Source: Eledone cirrhosa
Lineage: Eukaryota
Assembly (NCBI GenBank): GCA_964016885.1
Contig: CAXHJY010001041.1
Coordinates: 1-64,000 of the forward strand
Length of the DNA stretch: 64,000 nt
Reading direction: 5' to 3'
Shown: positions 41,605-56,388 of the stretch, in pieces
Layout of the letters: every line of letters begins with the position of its first letter
Numbering within the stretch: the stretch's first letter is position 1
The notes under the pieces: model-generated
Seen by the model: only the letters and a program-made list of their open reading frames with translations
What the model was told of the DNA's origin: nothing
Database searches by the model: none
Program-made: the position numbers and the translations under genes

Positions 41605-41730
41605 TAATTCTACAGGACTAGAACTGTTTCATTCGGAGGAAATCATAATTTCTATATTAAATATTTATTCTCTGCTATGTATTGAGTACCTTACTTACTG
41701 TGGTTACCCCCGATTGAACCCGGGATAAGC
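41605..41730 (+). mobile_element. Penelope-like end, family H5 (related pieces at 11380-11448 and 55981-56130)
   Basis: Inverted HHR 3' half (GAAACAG...CTGTA on the opposite strand) plus TATTGAGTACC...CTGTGGTTA tail. Confidence 0.5.
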
Positions 41731-42241
41731 ATATATAGGTTTACGAAGCTAGTCAAAGAGAATTGGTACAGCTTTGGTCATCTCAGGCACTCAATGGTTT
41801 GTGTATATATATATATATATTGGAAAATGTGTGAGATCCTTGGTACAGTTAGGTAACACTTGTAGTGTTAAATAATTTGATTTAATTTTATATTATAATA
41901 TTATGAGTTGGTAGATCTAGTAAGTTCTTTGTTAACTTTGGTGGGAAGATTTTTAAAGATTCCTGGTTAACTTTCTTGGAGAACTTTCTCTCATTCGTCG
42001 GTGGTGATTGCATACACACACTCACACTTGCATACACACACTCACACACACTCACACTCACTTGCATACACACACTCATGCTTACACACACACACACTCG
42101 CATACACAAGCTCACACACATACATGTATTTATGTATATGTATATATATATATGTATGTATATATGTATGTATATATGTATATATGTATGTATATATGTA
42201 TGTATATATGTATATATATATGTATGTATTATATATTTATG

Positions 42242-42305
<64 letters not shown>

Positions 42306-42326
42306 TGTATGTATATATGTATGTTT

Positions 42327-43064
42327 GTGTTTGTACCAGAGTTTTCAAGTCGCTGGCTGGACTAAAAAGTCACACTCGTTCAGCGCATCGGTAGGGGTTC
42401 TCCTACATAGATATAAAGTAGTGGCTGTACTCGAAAACGAGTTGGCAGCCACCATACATATAATAATGTATGTATACTGGTAACATGTATCCCAGTACAA
42501 CCTGTCTCATGGTCGGGTCGTTGGCGACTAAACTGGCAACCCCACCAAGGTTTCTTGGTGAGGAGGGTGACTTTGGACATCCTGCAGGACTAAAAACAAA
42601 ACCTGTCAAAGGGCAAAGGAGCTCGTAAGAGTCAATGGCCATCCAAAATCACCGGGAGAGATGACCTCTTAGCCTTTGTCAAGGCAGAATTCTAGGAGAA
42701 GGGAAACTCCGATATAACACCTGCAACTCTGATGGTATCCAATGATGTTGACTTGTTCTTCTTTTTGGTAAATATTATCTTGGTTAAGAGAGTGGGACTG
42801 GCTTTGTGCAGTGCCTTTGCTCACTATAAAAGCTTCACGGCACAGGCATTGCTTTATATCTGGAGATCTCTCTGCACTTGTCGTCACATGGTACCATGGG
42901 CCCAGCACTATGTGTCAATAATTGTTACAAGTGTAGTGTTTGTACCAGAGTTTTCAAGTCGCTGGCTGGACTTAAAAGTCACACTCGTTCAGCGCATCGG
43001 TAAGGGTTCTCCTACATGGATATAAAGTAGTGGCCGTACTCGAAAACAAGTTGGCAGCCACCAT
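42327..43064. repeat. Pair of 129-bp direct repeats (42327-42455, 42936-43064) around a 480-bp spacer
   Basis: Near-identical GTGTTTGTACCAGAG...GGCAGCCACCAT copies. Confidence 0.85.
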
Positions 43065-43393
43065 ATATGTATGTATGTATATATATATGTATGTATTACA
43101 TATTTATGTATGTATGTATTATATATATATATATATATATATATAATAATATTATTGTACAATTCTCGTAAAATATATGTCACATCCATTCCACCCTGTA
43201 AATACGAAACTGTTGTTCACATCAATATATATGTATCTATATTATTGTTCAGTTGAATAGGAGGTTAATTACATGTATAAACATTGATAATGCTCCGATG
43301 ACTCCAAATGAGAATTTGGAAGAAACGATTGTCAGCTATTAAATGATTTGAACATAACTTTGATAATTGTATAATTTATTGATGCATAATTTA

Positions 43394-43440
<47 letters not shown>

Positions 43441-44089
43441 ATGTATGTATGTATGTATGTGTGTGTGTGTGTGTGTGTCCACATTGTTTCTATATAAATT
43501 CATATATTTTAATATAACTCATATGGCCTCTCCTGTGCATGTTTTTTTTCTCAAATGAAATACAGTCGAAAGTTAAGATGAAATAAGAATTAAAAGCTAC
43601 ATAAAGTTGATTTGACATGTCTATTGGAATATGATTATTGTACATCTCAAAAAAGCTGGTTCATTATAGAAGGAAAAGATTCTATGAATCTACAGCTGGT
43701 TGATGGAAAAAGTATTAAACTCATTGAAATTCTTAGCATGAAAAAATGCAGACAAATGGCTTTATTGACATGCTTCTCTAGTCAGAGAGAATTCATTTTT
43801 ACTGAGAGGGGTGGAAAACAAAATCAATAAATTTACTCTCACCATAAAAAATATTTCACTAAAAAGACAAATTTTCACTTCAGTAGATTGTGCTTACATT
43901 TTAAGAAACATTTCACAATATTTTTAATCTGGCGTACTTTTATCAAAGATGTTATATATATATTTTTTTAACATGTTTCATAGATTTTTGCAAAAAAAGG
44001 TTAAAATAATGAAAAGGAAAATTACTGTGTAGAGTGCTCAGGTGCACTAAAAATGGAAGGTAGGAGATGAAATGTAAATATTACTGTAA

Positions 44090-44171
44090 AAGCTTCGATG
44101 AGGTTCGAACACAAACGATAAGTTCCCAATGGATTAGTAGTCCATCACCTTAACCACTTGGCCACCTCGTC
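44090..44171 (-). pseudogene. tRNA-Ser(GCT)-derived pseudogene
   Basis: Minus strand GACGAGGTGGCCAAGTGGTTAAGGTGATGGACTACTAATCCATTG closely follows the conserved metazoan Ser-GCT 5' half. The anticodon now reads ACT and the 3' acceptor strand does not pair. Confidence 0.8.
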
Positions 44172-44597
44172 ACTTTAAGAGAGAGCCAAAGTTGACCACA
44201 GACTTGCTGGGATTATATGTATTGCTGTCAACTAAGAAATAGTTATTACTTAGTTTAAATTGAAAAGAATATAATTTGTTTTTAAGTTCAATGATTTGAG
44301 GACAATTCTCTCTGTGTATCTGATATAGAATTGGTACATGATATTCCAGTGTGTCATAAAAGGTGACTAAAAGAGTAGGCTTCAGGAAGGGCATCCATCT
44401 ATAAAACACTACCTCAAAAAAGGACCCATTGTGCTTATAAAGCCTATCAGATGGCCTGAAGGAATAGTGGCTTTTGTAATGAAATAATTAATAATTTTAG
44501 TAAATCTCTTGAAATTCTTCATTAATTAAATAAAATAGAGTGTATTTCATTAGAAATGTGATCATGAAAGGGTTAAAGTATTTATATCAATATAAAA

Positions 44598-45488
44598 CCC
44601 TTTCATTATAATGTTATGCAAGAACCTTTAAGTTATGCTCTAAACACCAACTTCATAATAAGAAAGTTAGTTATATTATTAAATCCCTTGAAATGTTTGA
44701 TTATTTTCAAAATGATTTGAAAATCATAGACAGTGTCTTTCATTAGAAATATGGTAAAGAAAGGGTTAATGACATAGACAGTGTCTTTCATTAGAAATAT
44801 GGTAAAGAAAGGGTTAATGACATAGACAGTGTCTTTCATTAGAAATATGGTAAAGAAAGGGTTAATGACATAGACAGTGTCTTTCATTAGAAATATGGTA
44901 AAGAAAGGGTTAATGACATAGACAGTGTCTTTCATTAGAAATATGGTAAAGAAAGGGTTAATGACATAGACAGTGTCTTTCATTAGAAATATGGTAAAGA
45001 AAGGGTTAATGACATAGACAGTGTCTTTCATTAGAAATATGGTAAAGAAAGGGTTAATGACATAGACAGTGTCTTTCATTAGAAATATGGTAAAGAAAGG
45101 GTTAATGACATAGACAGTGTCTTTCATTAGAAATATGGGTAAAGAAAGGGTTAATGACATATACAGTGTCTTTCATTAGAAATATGGTAAAGAAAGGGTT
45201 AATGACATAGACAGTGTCTTTCATTAGAAATATGGTAAAGAAAGGGTTAATGACATAGACAGTGTCTTTCATTAGAAATATGGTAAAGAAAGGGTTAATG
45301 ACAGACAGTGTCTTTCATTAGAAATATGGTAAAGAAAGGGTTAATGACATAGACAGTGTCTTTCATTAGAAATATGGTAAAGAAAGGGTTAATGACATAG
45401 GTAGTGTCTTTCATTAGAAATATGGTAATGAAAGGGTTAATGACATAGACAGTGTCTTTCATTAGAAATATGGCAATGGAAGGGTTAA
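44598..45488. mobile_element. piggyBac-like MITE whose right end is amplified as a 48-bp tandem array (about 16 copies, 44724-45488)
   Basis: CCCTTTC left end; each unit ends GAAAGGG-TTAA; related bodies at about 20050-20530 and 44480-44577. Confidence 0.65.
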
Positions 45489-45696
45489 ATTAAAACAGTA
45501 TTTATTAGTATAAGATGTGATCTCTATTCTATTTCCCCATAAGGTTAGGTTTAGAGTGAACATGGCTTTATCTAACTTGAGAGACTCATCAATTCTGTCA
45601 CCTCTCTGAACACTTCTTTGTACTTCAAAACAACAGACATTCTTCTACATTTCACTCTCAGAATTCTGTACAGATTTCTACTGACCAAATATGACA

Positions 45697-46500
45697 TTCA
45701 CTGTCACATCCCCCTTCACTGTCACATCCCCCTTCACTGTCACATCCCCCTTCACTGTCACACCCCCTTCACTGTCACTTCACCTTCACAGTCACTTCAC
45801 CTTCACAGTCATCTGTCATTCACAGTCACTTCACCTTCACAGTCATCTATCACTTCCCCTTCACAGACATCTGTCATCTGTCACTTCCCCTTCACAGTCA
45901 TCTGTCACCTGTCACTTCCCCTTCACAGACATCTGTCACCTGTCACTTCTCCTTCACAGTCATCTGTCACTTCACCTTCACAGTCATCTGTCACTTCCCC
46001 TTCACAGTCATCTGTCACCTGTCACTTACCCTTCACAGTCATCTGTCACGTCACCTTCACAGTCATCTGTCACTTTCCCTTCACAGTCATCTGTCACCTG
46101 TCACTTACCCTTCACAGTCATCTGTCACTTACCCTTCACAGTCATCTGTTACTTCCCCTTCACAGTCATCTGTCACTTACCCTTCACAGTCATCTGTCAC
46201 TTCCCCCTCACAGTCATCTGTCACCTGTCACTTACCCTTCACAGTCATCTGTCACCTGTCACTTACCCTTCACAGTCATCTGTCACCTGTCACTTACTCT
46301 TCACAGTCATCTGTCACTTCACCTTCACAGTCATCTGTTACTTCCCCCTCACAGTCATCTGTCACCTGTCACTTACCCTTCACAGTCATCTGTCACTTAC
46401 CCTTCACAGTCATCTGTCACCTGTCACTTACCCTTCACAGTCATCTGTCACCTGTCACTTACTCTTCACAGTCATCTGTCACTTCACCTTCACAGTCATC
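45697..46500. repeat. Modular minisatellite (CTGTCAC / TTMCCCTTCACAGTCAT)
   Basis: Read directly. Confidence 0.92.
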
Positions 46501-46734
46501 GGTCATCTGGAAATTTAATCATCTTTCTATAGTCTGTTGACAAAAACTCATTAAACCAATCTTTTCAATCATACTTTCTTAAAGGACCACATTTTCAATC
46601 ATACTTTCTTAAGGGACCACATTTTCAATCATACTTTTTTAACGATTTTTAAATGATTCTTGTGTTAGCAGAAAGCATACAATCACCACCATCCACATCA
46701 CCATCATCACCATCATCATCATCATTGTTTCTAA

Positions 46735-46852
46735 CTGATCTAATCTGGGTCTCCAAGTGAGACCAGCCAAGCTCATGGATGTTATCCAACCATCTTACTC
46801 GGGGTCTACTCCAGGGTCTCCTGCCAGTTGGTTTTGCCCATAAAATCTGTCC
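46735..46852 (-). mobile_element. RTE LINE C-terminal fragment
   Basis: QILWAKPTGRRPWSRPRVRWLDNI. Confidence 0.7.
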
Positions 46853-47410
46853 AATAAAAAAAAACATTAAAAAGTGGCCAAACTGTTGTCCATGAGCAGA
46901 AATAATGAAAGAGACATAGAAATGAGGTTATTAAGTTGAGAGAAAGTTTGTTGTTGGGTAACCATGAGAATCTAATGATTAAAGTAGAGAATATAAATGA
47001 CCTCTGTAAGTGTTAATAAGAAGTGTACCAGTTGTTTAATCAATGGTGTGGCTTAATTATTAAATTAATTTGCAGGTAGTTGAGTATTACACTTTGCATT
47101 GGTCACCCTCAAAACGTCAGGCATCCTAGCACCCTGTACAGCTGAGCTCCTCTGTAATACCAGAATAAGAGCAGCCCACCTGACAAAGGTGGGGTGGTTG
47201 TTGCAGCTGGTGTTGTTGGTCATTGTCTGCAGAAACACTGCTCTGGCCTAGGGGTCACTCTCTCCCCTTCTCCCTTCTTTTGTCTAGTAGTCCTTCTTCT
47301 TCCTTTTCCTTTCATTTATGGCATTTATAGTCCTTTCCAATACTGCTTTCTTTTTCTATATGTTTAAAAAGATTCTGAAAATATATATATATAATGTATA
47401 CACACACACA

Positions 47411-47514
<104 letters not shown>

Positions 47515-49182
47515 GTGGTTTCAGGCAGTTTGCTATCAAAAGGGTTAACAAAGAATTCTTACTGTAAAATAACACTCTAATCATTCAAGTAATATTTCTG
47601 AATTTCCAGAACAATCCAACCCATTCTAATATGAATGTATGTAAATATCCTTTCAAATTTACAGGATTTGCAAATTTTAAAATTTATTTCAATAAAATAA
47701 ATGTCAAATGATAAAAACAAACTAAATAAATATATAGAAGTTGATGGAAAATTTCTAAAATATACAACAAATTATAAACTCATATAATAAGTTAATTTCA
47801 AGATCTTGTCTTGAAAACAGCACAGCCTGTAAATTCCTGTATAACATATATACATATATACAGTCACACACATACACATACAGGCAGACACATACAGATA
47901 TTAATGCACACAGAGGCACACACACATGTACACACAGAGAGACATACACATACAGTCTCTCACAGTTTCTCACACACACACATATATATACACACATACA
48001 TATATACACATAGACACAGTCTCACACACACACCCGGACATATACACACATACATACATGGCACATCAATACACATGTACAAACATACACATTCATATAT
48101 CTAAATGCTACTAGAATAATCTTTGCAATTATTTTTAAACCTTCTCAAAAACCTTCTCAATATCTGAAGAAATTCTGCAGTGGTCCAAGAAGAAAGTAAT
48201 TTTCTAGTTGAATGAATTTCAAGATTTTGTTCAAATCTAAACTTTCTGCCACAAAACTACTATTTTTTTTTAAAAAGGGATTTCCTATGTAAATCTCATT
48301 TCCAAGATTTTTATTTTTCCTCTTCCAGTTTTTATTAATACAATTCTCTAGAATCTAATCCAAAAAATATTATAGTTCATTTTATCCCCCCCCCCCCCCC
48401 CCATTAAAAGTGGTATTGGCACTGCAGAGGACAATGTCTGATTGAATACGATAAATAGCATTGACTGTGAAGGAAACATTTCTACAATCAGATCATAGCT
48501 TCCATGTGTAAATTTAATGATATTGCATTATGGGGAAAAATGAGTCAGTCATCTTAAATATTTTATTTTTTTTAATTTTCAACTCTTTATACTTTTCTAA
48601 AGGTGCAGGCATGGCTGAGAAGTGAATTCCTCAGCTATGTGGTTTTAGGTCCAGTTATATCACGTGTCTTCTGCTATAAGTAGCAGATTGACCAGTGTGT
48701 TCATCATCATCACCATTTAACGTCTGTTTTTTTATGTTTGCATGGGTTAGACGGATTGCCCACATTATGAGGTCAGTCTGGCCAGGTAGCCACACTGTGC
48801 CCTGCTCAAATGGAACTGGTATTTGGCATATCTTACACTATAATATAACATGGACTGTACTAGTAATTAAAAGAGCCAGCCTTGTCACACAGTGTGTTAC
48901 ACTGAATCTCCCTGAGAATAACATTAAAAGTACACAAGACTATGGTAAAGATACTGGCTCAAGATGCTATGGAGTGGGATGAAACCTAGGACTTCGTGAT
49001 TGAGAAGTGAACTTCTAAACCATTCAGCAATGTCTGCTTTTACAAAATTAACTCTTCTTTGAGTATTGACTACTTATTTCATCCATTTGTATATCTGTGA
49101 AGAACTGTAACCATCTACTATTACAGTCAAACAATGATGGCGTCCCTAGGTATGTCTCTTGATCACTTCTTATTAATCTGGT

Positions 49183-49373
49183 ATCGGTGGATTGGCAGTA
49201 TCGGTAGAGGGTCGGACGCCATGCTTTGACGCATAGAGTTACGGTCCTTGCCATTCTGAGTTCAAATCCCGCCGAGGTTTACTTTGGCTTTCATCCTTAC
49301 GGGGTCGATAAAATAAAGTACCAGTAATGCACTGGGTAATTACTGGCCTTGTGCCAAAAGTAGAAACAATTAT
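49183..49373 (+). mobile_element. Family A SINE
   Basis: A and B boxes, CTTTCATCCTTACGGGGTCG core, GTAGAAACAATTATT end. Confidence 0.9.
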
Positions 49374-51399
49374 TACACATCTCCAAATATTCCAGTTTAA
49401 TGAAGATAAATTTAGTAATTAATAGAAATAAAATACAATTTTGTTTTTTAAATATACCTCTTTGGTTTTAATCTGAGATTCTTCTGGCTGTGAGTTCCAC
49501 ATCTTTGGAAGTCTTTAGAAAAAGTAAAACAGCATTAAAAAGTTTCCTAATAGATTTGAATATCTTTATAAGTAGACCTGATCCAATACGTCAAAAGCAG
49601 AACTTTCTGATATGTACTTCAGTTAGTAGTCAGTGACCTGACAACAGTAATGGTGTCACTTGGTTGTAATTGTATATTTTTGGAGACATGTCACCTTTCA
49701 CATGGATATATTGTCCATAACAGAAGTGTGGGAAGCTTCCCTCAGTTTCTTAAAGCAGTTACATCATTTAAGAGAAAGATTGCCAATTAATCCACTTGCC
49801 TTGTTCCTTCCAGATGAATGAAAACATCAATGATTTGTGTCAATCCTTATTTGTTAGTTTAACATTGCCAGGTATGAATAAAGACATGGTCACCATGTGT
49901 GTTATTGTAAAGAAGCATCTTTCTTAAGACAGGGCATCACTGTCAACAGAGCTAATATTCTCCACTCTACAGACGGCTTTTATAATATTCTGTGATGAAA
50001 AGAAACCATTTTCAGCAATGAATTCAAAATTATTGTGAAAATGATTCCAACCAGTGTTCCATTCTTCCCATTCAATGGTTTTGCCTCCAAATATGTTTTA
50101 TATCGACACAAGAGAAATAAAAATATATAAAAGAAGATACAACTTGTAAAGTAGTTACTAGAACTATTTTATATTTCAGCTTAATTTCTTGTTGGTTAAT
50201 TAGAATATGGTTAATTAGAATATGGTTAATTAGAATATGGTTAAAAGGTATCTTATGAAGCAGTTATAGTAATTTATTTCTGCTTGACTTTTTAGTTTTA
50301 TCCCTTTGGCAACGACAACTATATGTGTAACAAAAAGAATTTTATATCCTTACTGTGGCAAAATTCCTCAAATGTCTGGTCATGGACTGTGACAACCTGT
50401 CCGACCCATGCCAGGGAAAGTGAATGTAAAATGAGGATGGTTAGATTTTTTAAATTTAATACCTGTATGTATAAGTTTTCCATTAATTGCACCAAGCTGA
50501 CTTTGATATGCAAAAAATTGGGGGGGTTTGCTGTGTTTTCTAATTTTCCCCAAACTATTTCAAGTAATTAATGAAGGATTTTGAGGGATTTACTAAAATT
50601 ATCATTTCACTACTAAGATAGTTTTCCCTTCGACATTGGTGGCAAATTGTGCTTCTAATATATTAATCAACCTGTCATGTGATCTAAGATGTATGAGTGA
50701 CAGCTGCTCTGTCCTAAATGTCTGAACAGTACTCTAATATTCTACACAGGTTTTGTTAGCAAATGTTTATAACTTAAATAGTTCTTGACTGTCATTTATG
50801 TATAGGTCATTTATAAAAGGTCATCATACATTGTAAGTCTCAGTATTTGTAAATACTACGCACATACACATGTGTGTGTATTACACACATTTGCTACACA
50901 AACTCTCACATGTACACAAATATGCCAAGAAACATTGTTGTTCCATCTAATCACTAATTCCAAATAGACTTTATATCAACTGTTATACTACAATAACATG
51001 ACACTACTCTCCAAACAGTTTTATGCTATTGTGTGTCTATGTGTTTGGTAAGGTATCTATCATTGTATATAAATACAGGTAAAATTCCAGTATAACATTT
51101 TTTTCCATCTCCGAGGTAATAACAAACACTCGATTCGTTTAGGTCAATCTCGTTATAAAGAATTTTTCGTTGCGACAAATTTTTTTTTATACCTTTTATA
51201 ATTTCATTATAATGGGATTTCACTGAATTTGATGAAGAAAAACTATATTTTTGACCTGCAGATTATAGAAACCCCCATACCACAATATTTCATCGTGCAG
51301 TTTATTTTATTTAATACAACAAAATGGTGACATCCCCCACCAACTTATTCCTGAGAGGGTCATGGGAGCAGAGTCCTCAAACACTCCTTCCAACGGGTC

Positions 51400-51990
51400 C
51401 TGTCAGAAGCAACTGACCCCAACTGATCCGGCTGGATCCCCAAGTGAGACCACCCTGGGTCTCCTGTCGGTTTGTTTTACCTGTAAAATCTCCTCAGCGA
51501 TTCTTTCCTTAGACGTTCTAACCACATGCCTATAGTATTGGAGCTGTGATCTCCCAATTCTGTGAAGTAGCAACTCTACCTTGAGTGACTCTACCTTGAG
51601 TGACTCTACCTTGAGTGATTCTACCTTGAGTGACTCTACCTCGAGCGACTCTACCTTGAGCGATTCTACCTTGAGTGACTCTACCTTGAGTGACTCTACC
51701 TTGAGTAACTCTACCTTGAGCGACTCTACCTTCAGTGACTCTATCTTGAGTGACTCTACCTGTAGTGACTCTACCTTGAGTGACTCTACCTGTAGTGATT
51801 CTACCTTGAGTGACTCTACCTTCAGTGACTCTACCTTGAGTGACTCTACCTTGAGCGACTCTACCTGTAGTGACTCTACCTGTAGTGACTCTACCTTGAG
51901 TGACTCTACCTTGAGTGACTCTACCTTGAGCGACTCTCTGATCTTCGAGCTAATCACATTTATAATTAAAAGACAAAATGTCTTTCTTGC
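51400..51990 (-). mobile_element. RTE LINE fragment with an internal 15-bp tandem array (51573-51937, about 24 copies)
   Basis: IRESLKVE(SLKVE)n LLLHRIGRSQLQYYRHVVR...RIAEEILQ...RRPR. Confidence 0.75.
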
Positions 51991-53255
51991 GAGAATTATA
52001 TGAAGTTGTATTTCCATCTTTGTTTATGTGGTTTATTTACTACAACGTTGTTGTTCTCTTCTGAGTGTTTAGAGTGGCTGGGTAGCAAGTGCTCAACACA
52101 TACATTCTTATGCTCTACCAACTTCATTTTATCATGGCACCAGCACTAGGGAGGCTGCCGTGCCCTTGACACAGCTGAAGGGTCCTCTTGACCCTTTATT
52201 TGACAGGATTTTCTACAGATTTAGTTTAAATGTGTCAACCAGCTTTCAAATCCTCCCACTCAACTACTTAATATTTTAATAGGTTTTTATCCTGTTTATC
52301 ATTTCTATATTTCTGCAGTTAACTTCACCATTATGTCTCTTTGATGATAACAGATCAGGCTATAAAACATCCATACCTTGAGCAAGTTAATTAATCTAAT
52401 TTAAATATATGAGGGAAAGAAGGGGAAGACAACAGAGTATGAGAGGGGGGATATAAAGAGAGGGCTCTCTCTCTCTCTATATATATATATAGAGAGAGAG
52501 AGAGAGGGAGAGAGAGAGGGGGATCTAAAGAGAGGGATATATATATATACATATGAGAGAGAAAGTGAAAGAGATCCCAAATAGAAAAAGAGTGATAGTG
52601 TGAGAGGATGGAAAGAGAGAGAGGAGGGGAGGCAATGTGGTTTGAATGAAGAGAAAGGAAGAGAGAGAGCTAGGGCAACAAAAATAAACAAACCCCCACC
52701 ATCTCCATCACTAACACCACCACTCCCTTTCACTACTACCACCACCACCCCATCACTACTACGACAACCACCAGCATCCCCATCACTAATTTCTATTTTA
52801 TAATGTTAATAGCAATGTTGTTCCTGTTCCAACAAAAGGCACCCAGTCCACTCTGTAAAGTAGTCATGTAGGTGTCACAACAAACAGCACCCAGTCCACT
52901 CTGTTTGATCAAGATAAGGTCATGTGACCTGACTTGCCTCACAACAGGATAACTCGTCTAACCCATGCTAGTGTGGAAGAATGGATGTTAAATGGTGATA
53001 TATATATGGTCGATTGATCAGGTGATATATTGATCTTCTCTGATCAATCAATACTCTGAAACAATCTTAAAACAAAGAACTATTGATCTCTGACTTTTGT
53101 TTTATTTTCATTGTTCTATACACACATACACACACAGATTTATATATACATATACACACACAGATTTATATACATATATACACACACAGATATAGATAGA
53201 TATATACATACACACACAGATATATATATATACAAACACAGACACACACACAGAT

Positions 53256-53866
53256 ATCATCATCATCGTTTAACGTCCATCTTCCACGCTAGCATGGGTT
53301 TGGACGGGAATTTTCCCACTTGAGGCAAGAGTGGTTGTCCTGCTCGTATAAGACTGTCTGGCGGGTTTTCTACGGCTGGATGCCCTTCCTAACACCAACC
53401 ACGTTTACAGTGTGGACTGGGAGGTTTTTACCGTGTTACCTACACGGCCACATTACAGCATGGACTGTGTTTTTGTTTTGTCGTGACACCTGCACGACCT
53501 CATTTGTTTCGGACTGGATGTTGTGGTACCAACATAACTCTGCATTGAAAGGGGTGGTGTGGATGGGGTGGGGGTAGTCGGACAGGGGTGTATTTTTGTT
53601 AGAGGTGCCTACTGACTGTAGGTTTCGCTTTGTACTTAGGCAAGGCGGGTCTTCTGTATTACTGTGTAGCGCCAAAGATCTCGGTCCAGTGACATTGTCT
53701 TGGAGAGGTGTAAGTGTGTGAGGTCGGAATTTATCAGATCGTCCCAGATTTTTCTGGATCTGCCTACTCCGTAGCTACCGTCTATTTTGATCGCCCTGCA
53801 CTTTTTTATACAGCTGTCGTCTTTCATGCGCATCACGTGACCATACCAACGTAGTCTTCTCTCGAG
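53256..53866 (-). mobile_element. RTE LINE 3' end (ORF C-terminus, 3'UTR, (GAT)n tail)
   Basis: ERRLRWYGHVMRM...GRSRKIWDD...DRDLWR; the UTR has GGTTGGTGTTAGGAAGGGCATCCAGC and CCCATGCTAGCGTGGAAGATGGACGTTAAACGATG. Confidence 0.88.
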
Positions 53867-54112
53867 TAATATATATATATACATACACACAGATTTATAT
53901 ATACACACACACACACACTATATATATATATACACGCATATATAAATATATTAAGTTAGACATAACCTGGGCAAATACTGGTTGAAACCTATCAAAATTA
54001 TATATATATATTTAGTTATCTAATAAACAAAATATGATAATTATTTCATTTACCAGTGGTTTCTTGAAGACATATATTTGTTTTTCCTGTACCTTTCCAA
54101 CGGAAATACTTC

Positions 54113-54153
<41 letters not shown>

Positions 54154-54239
54154 TGTGTGTGTCTATGTATTTGTATGTGTTTGTATGTCTGTGCTTGTAT
54201 ATATATATAAAGATGACACACACATGGTTGGTAATTAAA

Positions 54240-54662
<423 letters not shown>

Positions 54663-55335
54663 TATAGTGTTTAATGAGATGACAATTTCATGGTGTTGTG
54701 ATGTTATCTCAACTTTGGTTGTCTTTCATTTTCACTATTAACCATTGCAATGACATATTTAGAGCAAATCTAGTAATTGACCCCATCTACAACACCAGGA
54801 CCCTTTTTTCCTGGCTGTCCCCTCCTATCTTTCACTCTTCCCTGGCCTCCCCCTCCCACCACAACACAGGGTTCATGGCTGCTGTATAAAATTGCTATCA
54901 TTAAATCTCTTTAGCTATTAGACCAGTGCATGCTATGTTGTGCTGTGGTGTGTGTGTTTGTGATGTGGTCGATGTGTGTGTTTATCTGTGTGTGTGGGCG
55001 TTTTTGTGCTGTGGTGCATGTGTGTGTGTGTGTATATATGTGTCTGTGCTGTGATGAGCGTGTATGTGTGTTACTATGCTCTGTATGTTACCCCCCCCCC
55101 CTCCTCCAATGTAACTATCACCTAAATGGACTTGTTATTATTAATGGCTGTTATTAAGGTCATCATCACTGCTACAGTTTTATATACACATGGATGGCTC
55201 TATCTCTCTCTCTCTCTTTCTCTTTCTCTCTCTCTTTCTCTCTCTCTACCCCCCACTCTCCTGAGCGTGAATCTAATAAACATTTGTCGTACTGCCTCTC
55301 TGTTCTGTCCCTGTTCAATTTTTTATTATATATAT

Positions 55336-55665
55336 ATATGAAATAAAATGTCTTGCTCAAGGAAACCCCCCCCCCCCGGGTCTGAGAATTGAGACCCGGG
55401 GGGGGGGGGGTTTCCTTGAGCAAGACATTTTATTTCATATTGCTCCAGTTTACTCAGCTGTAGAAATGAGATGATAATGATAGGGACTGGGGTCCCTATC
55501 ATTCCACTGCAAAGTGGTCGTGGAGGTGCCACAACAAAAAAGCACCCAGCACTCACTGTAAATGAGGTTGGTGTTAGGAAGGGCATCCAGCTGTAGAAAT
55601 CAAGCCAAGATCAGTTCCCGTCCCACCCTTGTAAGCAGGGAAAAGCGGACATAAAATGATGATAT
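55336..55665 (+). mobile_element. 5'-truncated SINE with a near-perfect 5' fold-back
   Basis: Arms at 55336-55383 and 55392-55440; the remainder is near-identical to 56785-57030. Confidence 0.8.
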
Positions 55666-56355
55666 GATATATAATGTAAAAGGTAAACAGAAATAACAAA
55701 ACAAACGGCACATTACATGAAAGAAATATATTAGTTTGACGCTTGAAATATCAGGAAGACTCACTTCCTGACATTAGTCCTTCATCAGAAGATAGAAATA
55801 GAAAGTAAAGAGTGATACGAGGAAGGATTATGGAAAAAGGAGGAAAAAATAAGGGAGAAAAAATGTGCGTGTGTGTGTGTGTGTATGTATGTGCATGAGT
55901 ATATGTGTATGTGTATATATAAGTATGTGTGTCTGTGTGTGTATATATGTATATATACACACATATATTATTGAGAGAGAGAAATGACCTTACAGAAGTA
56001 GAACTGTTTCATTCATATAGCATCAGTTCTAGTACTTTAAAGTCATTTCTATAATAAAGTTGCCTTTACTCTACCAACGTATTGAGTACCCTTTTTAACT
56101 GTGGTTAGCTCACTACACCACTTCGAAATATATATATTTATATATATACACACGTGTGTGTATATACGAGCATGACAACCAATCTTGCTTCAAGTGGGAC
56201 AATTCCCGTCTAAACCCATGCTAGTGTGGAAGATAGACGTTAAATAATGATGATGATGATATTGAGTGTGATTTTGTATTATTAAAGAAGGAGCCCTCAA
56301 TATGTAAACAGAGAGGTAATTTATATATATATATTAAATAATAATCCATGTATCA

Positions 56356-56388
<33 letters not shown>

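Noticed and set aside
55735-55795. Minus-strand CTGATGA plus a long hairpin
   Set aside because: GAAA and stem III are missing, so it is not counted as an HHR.
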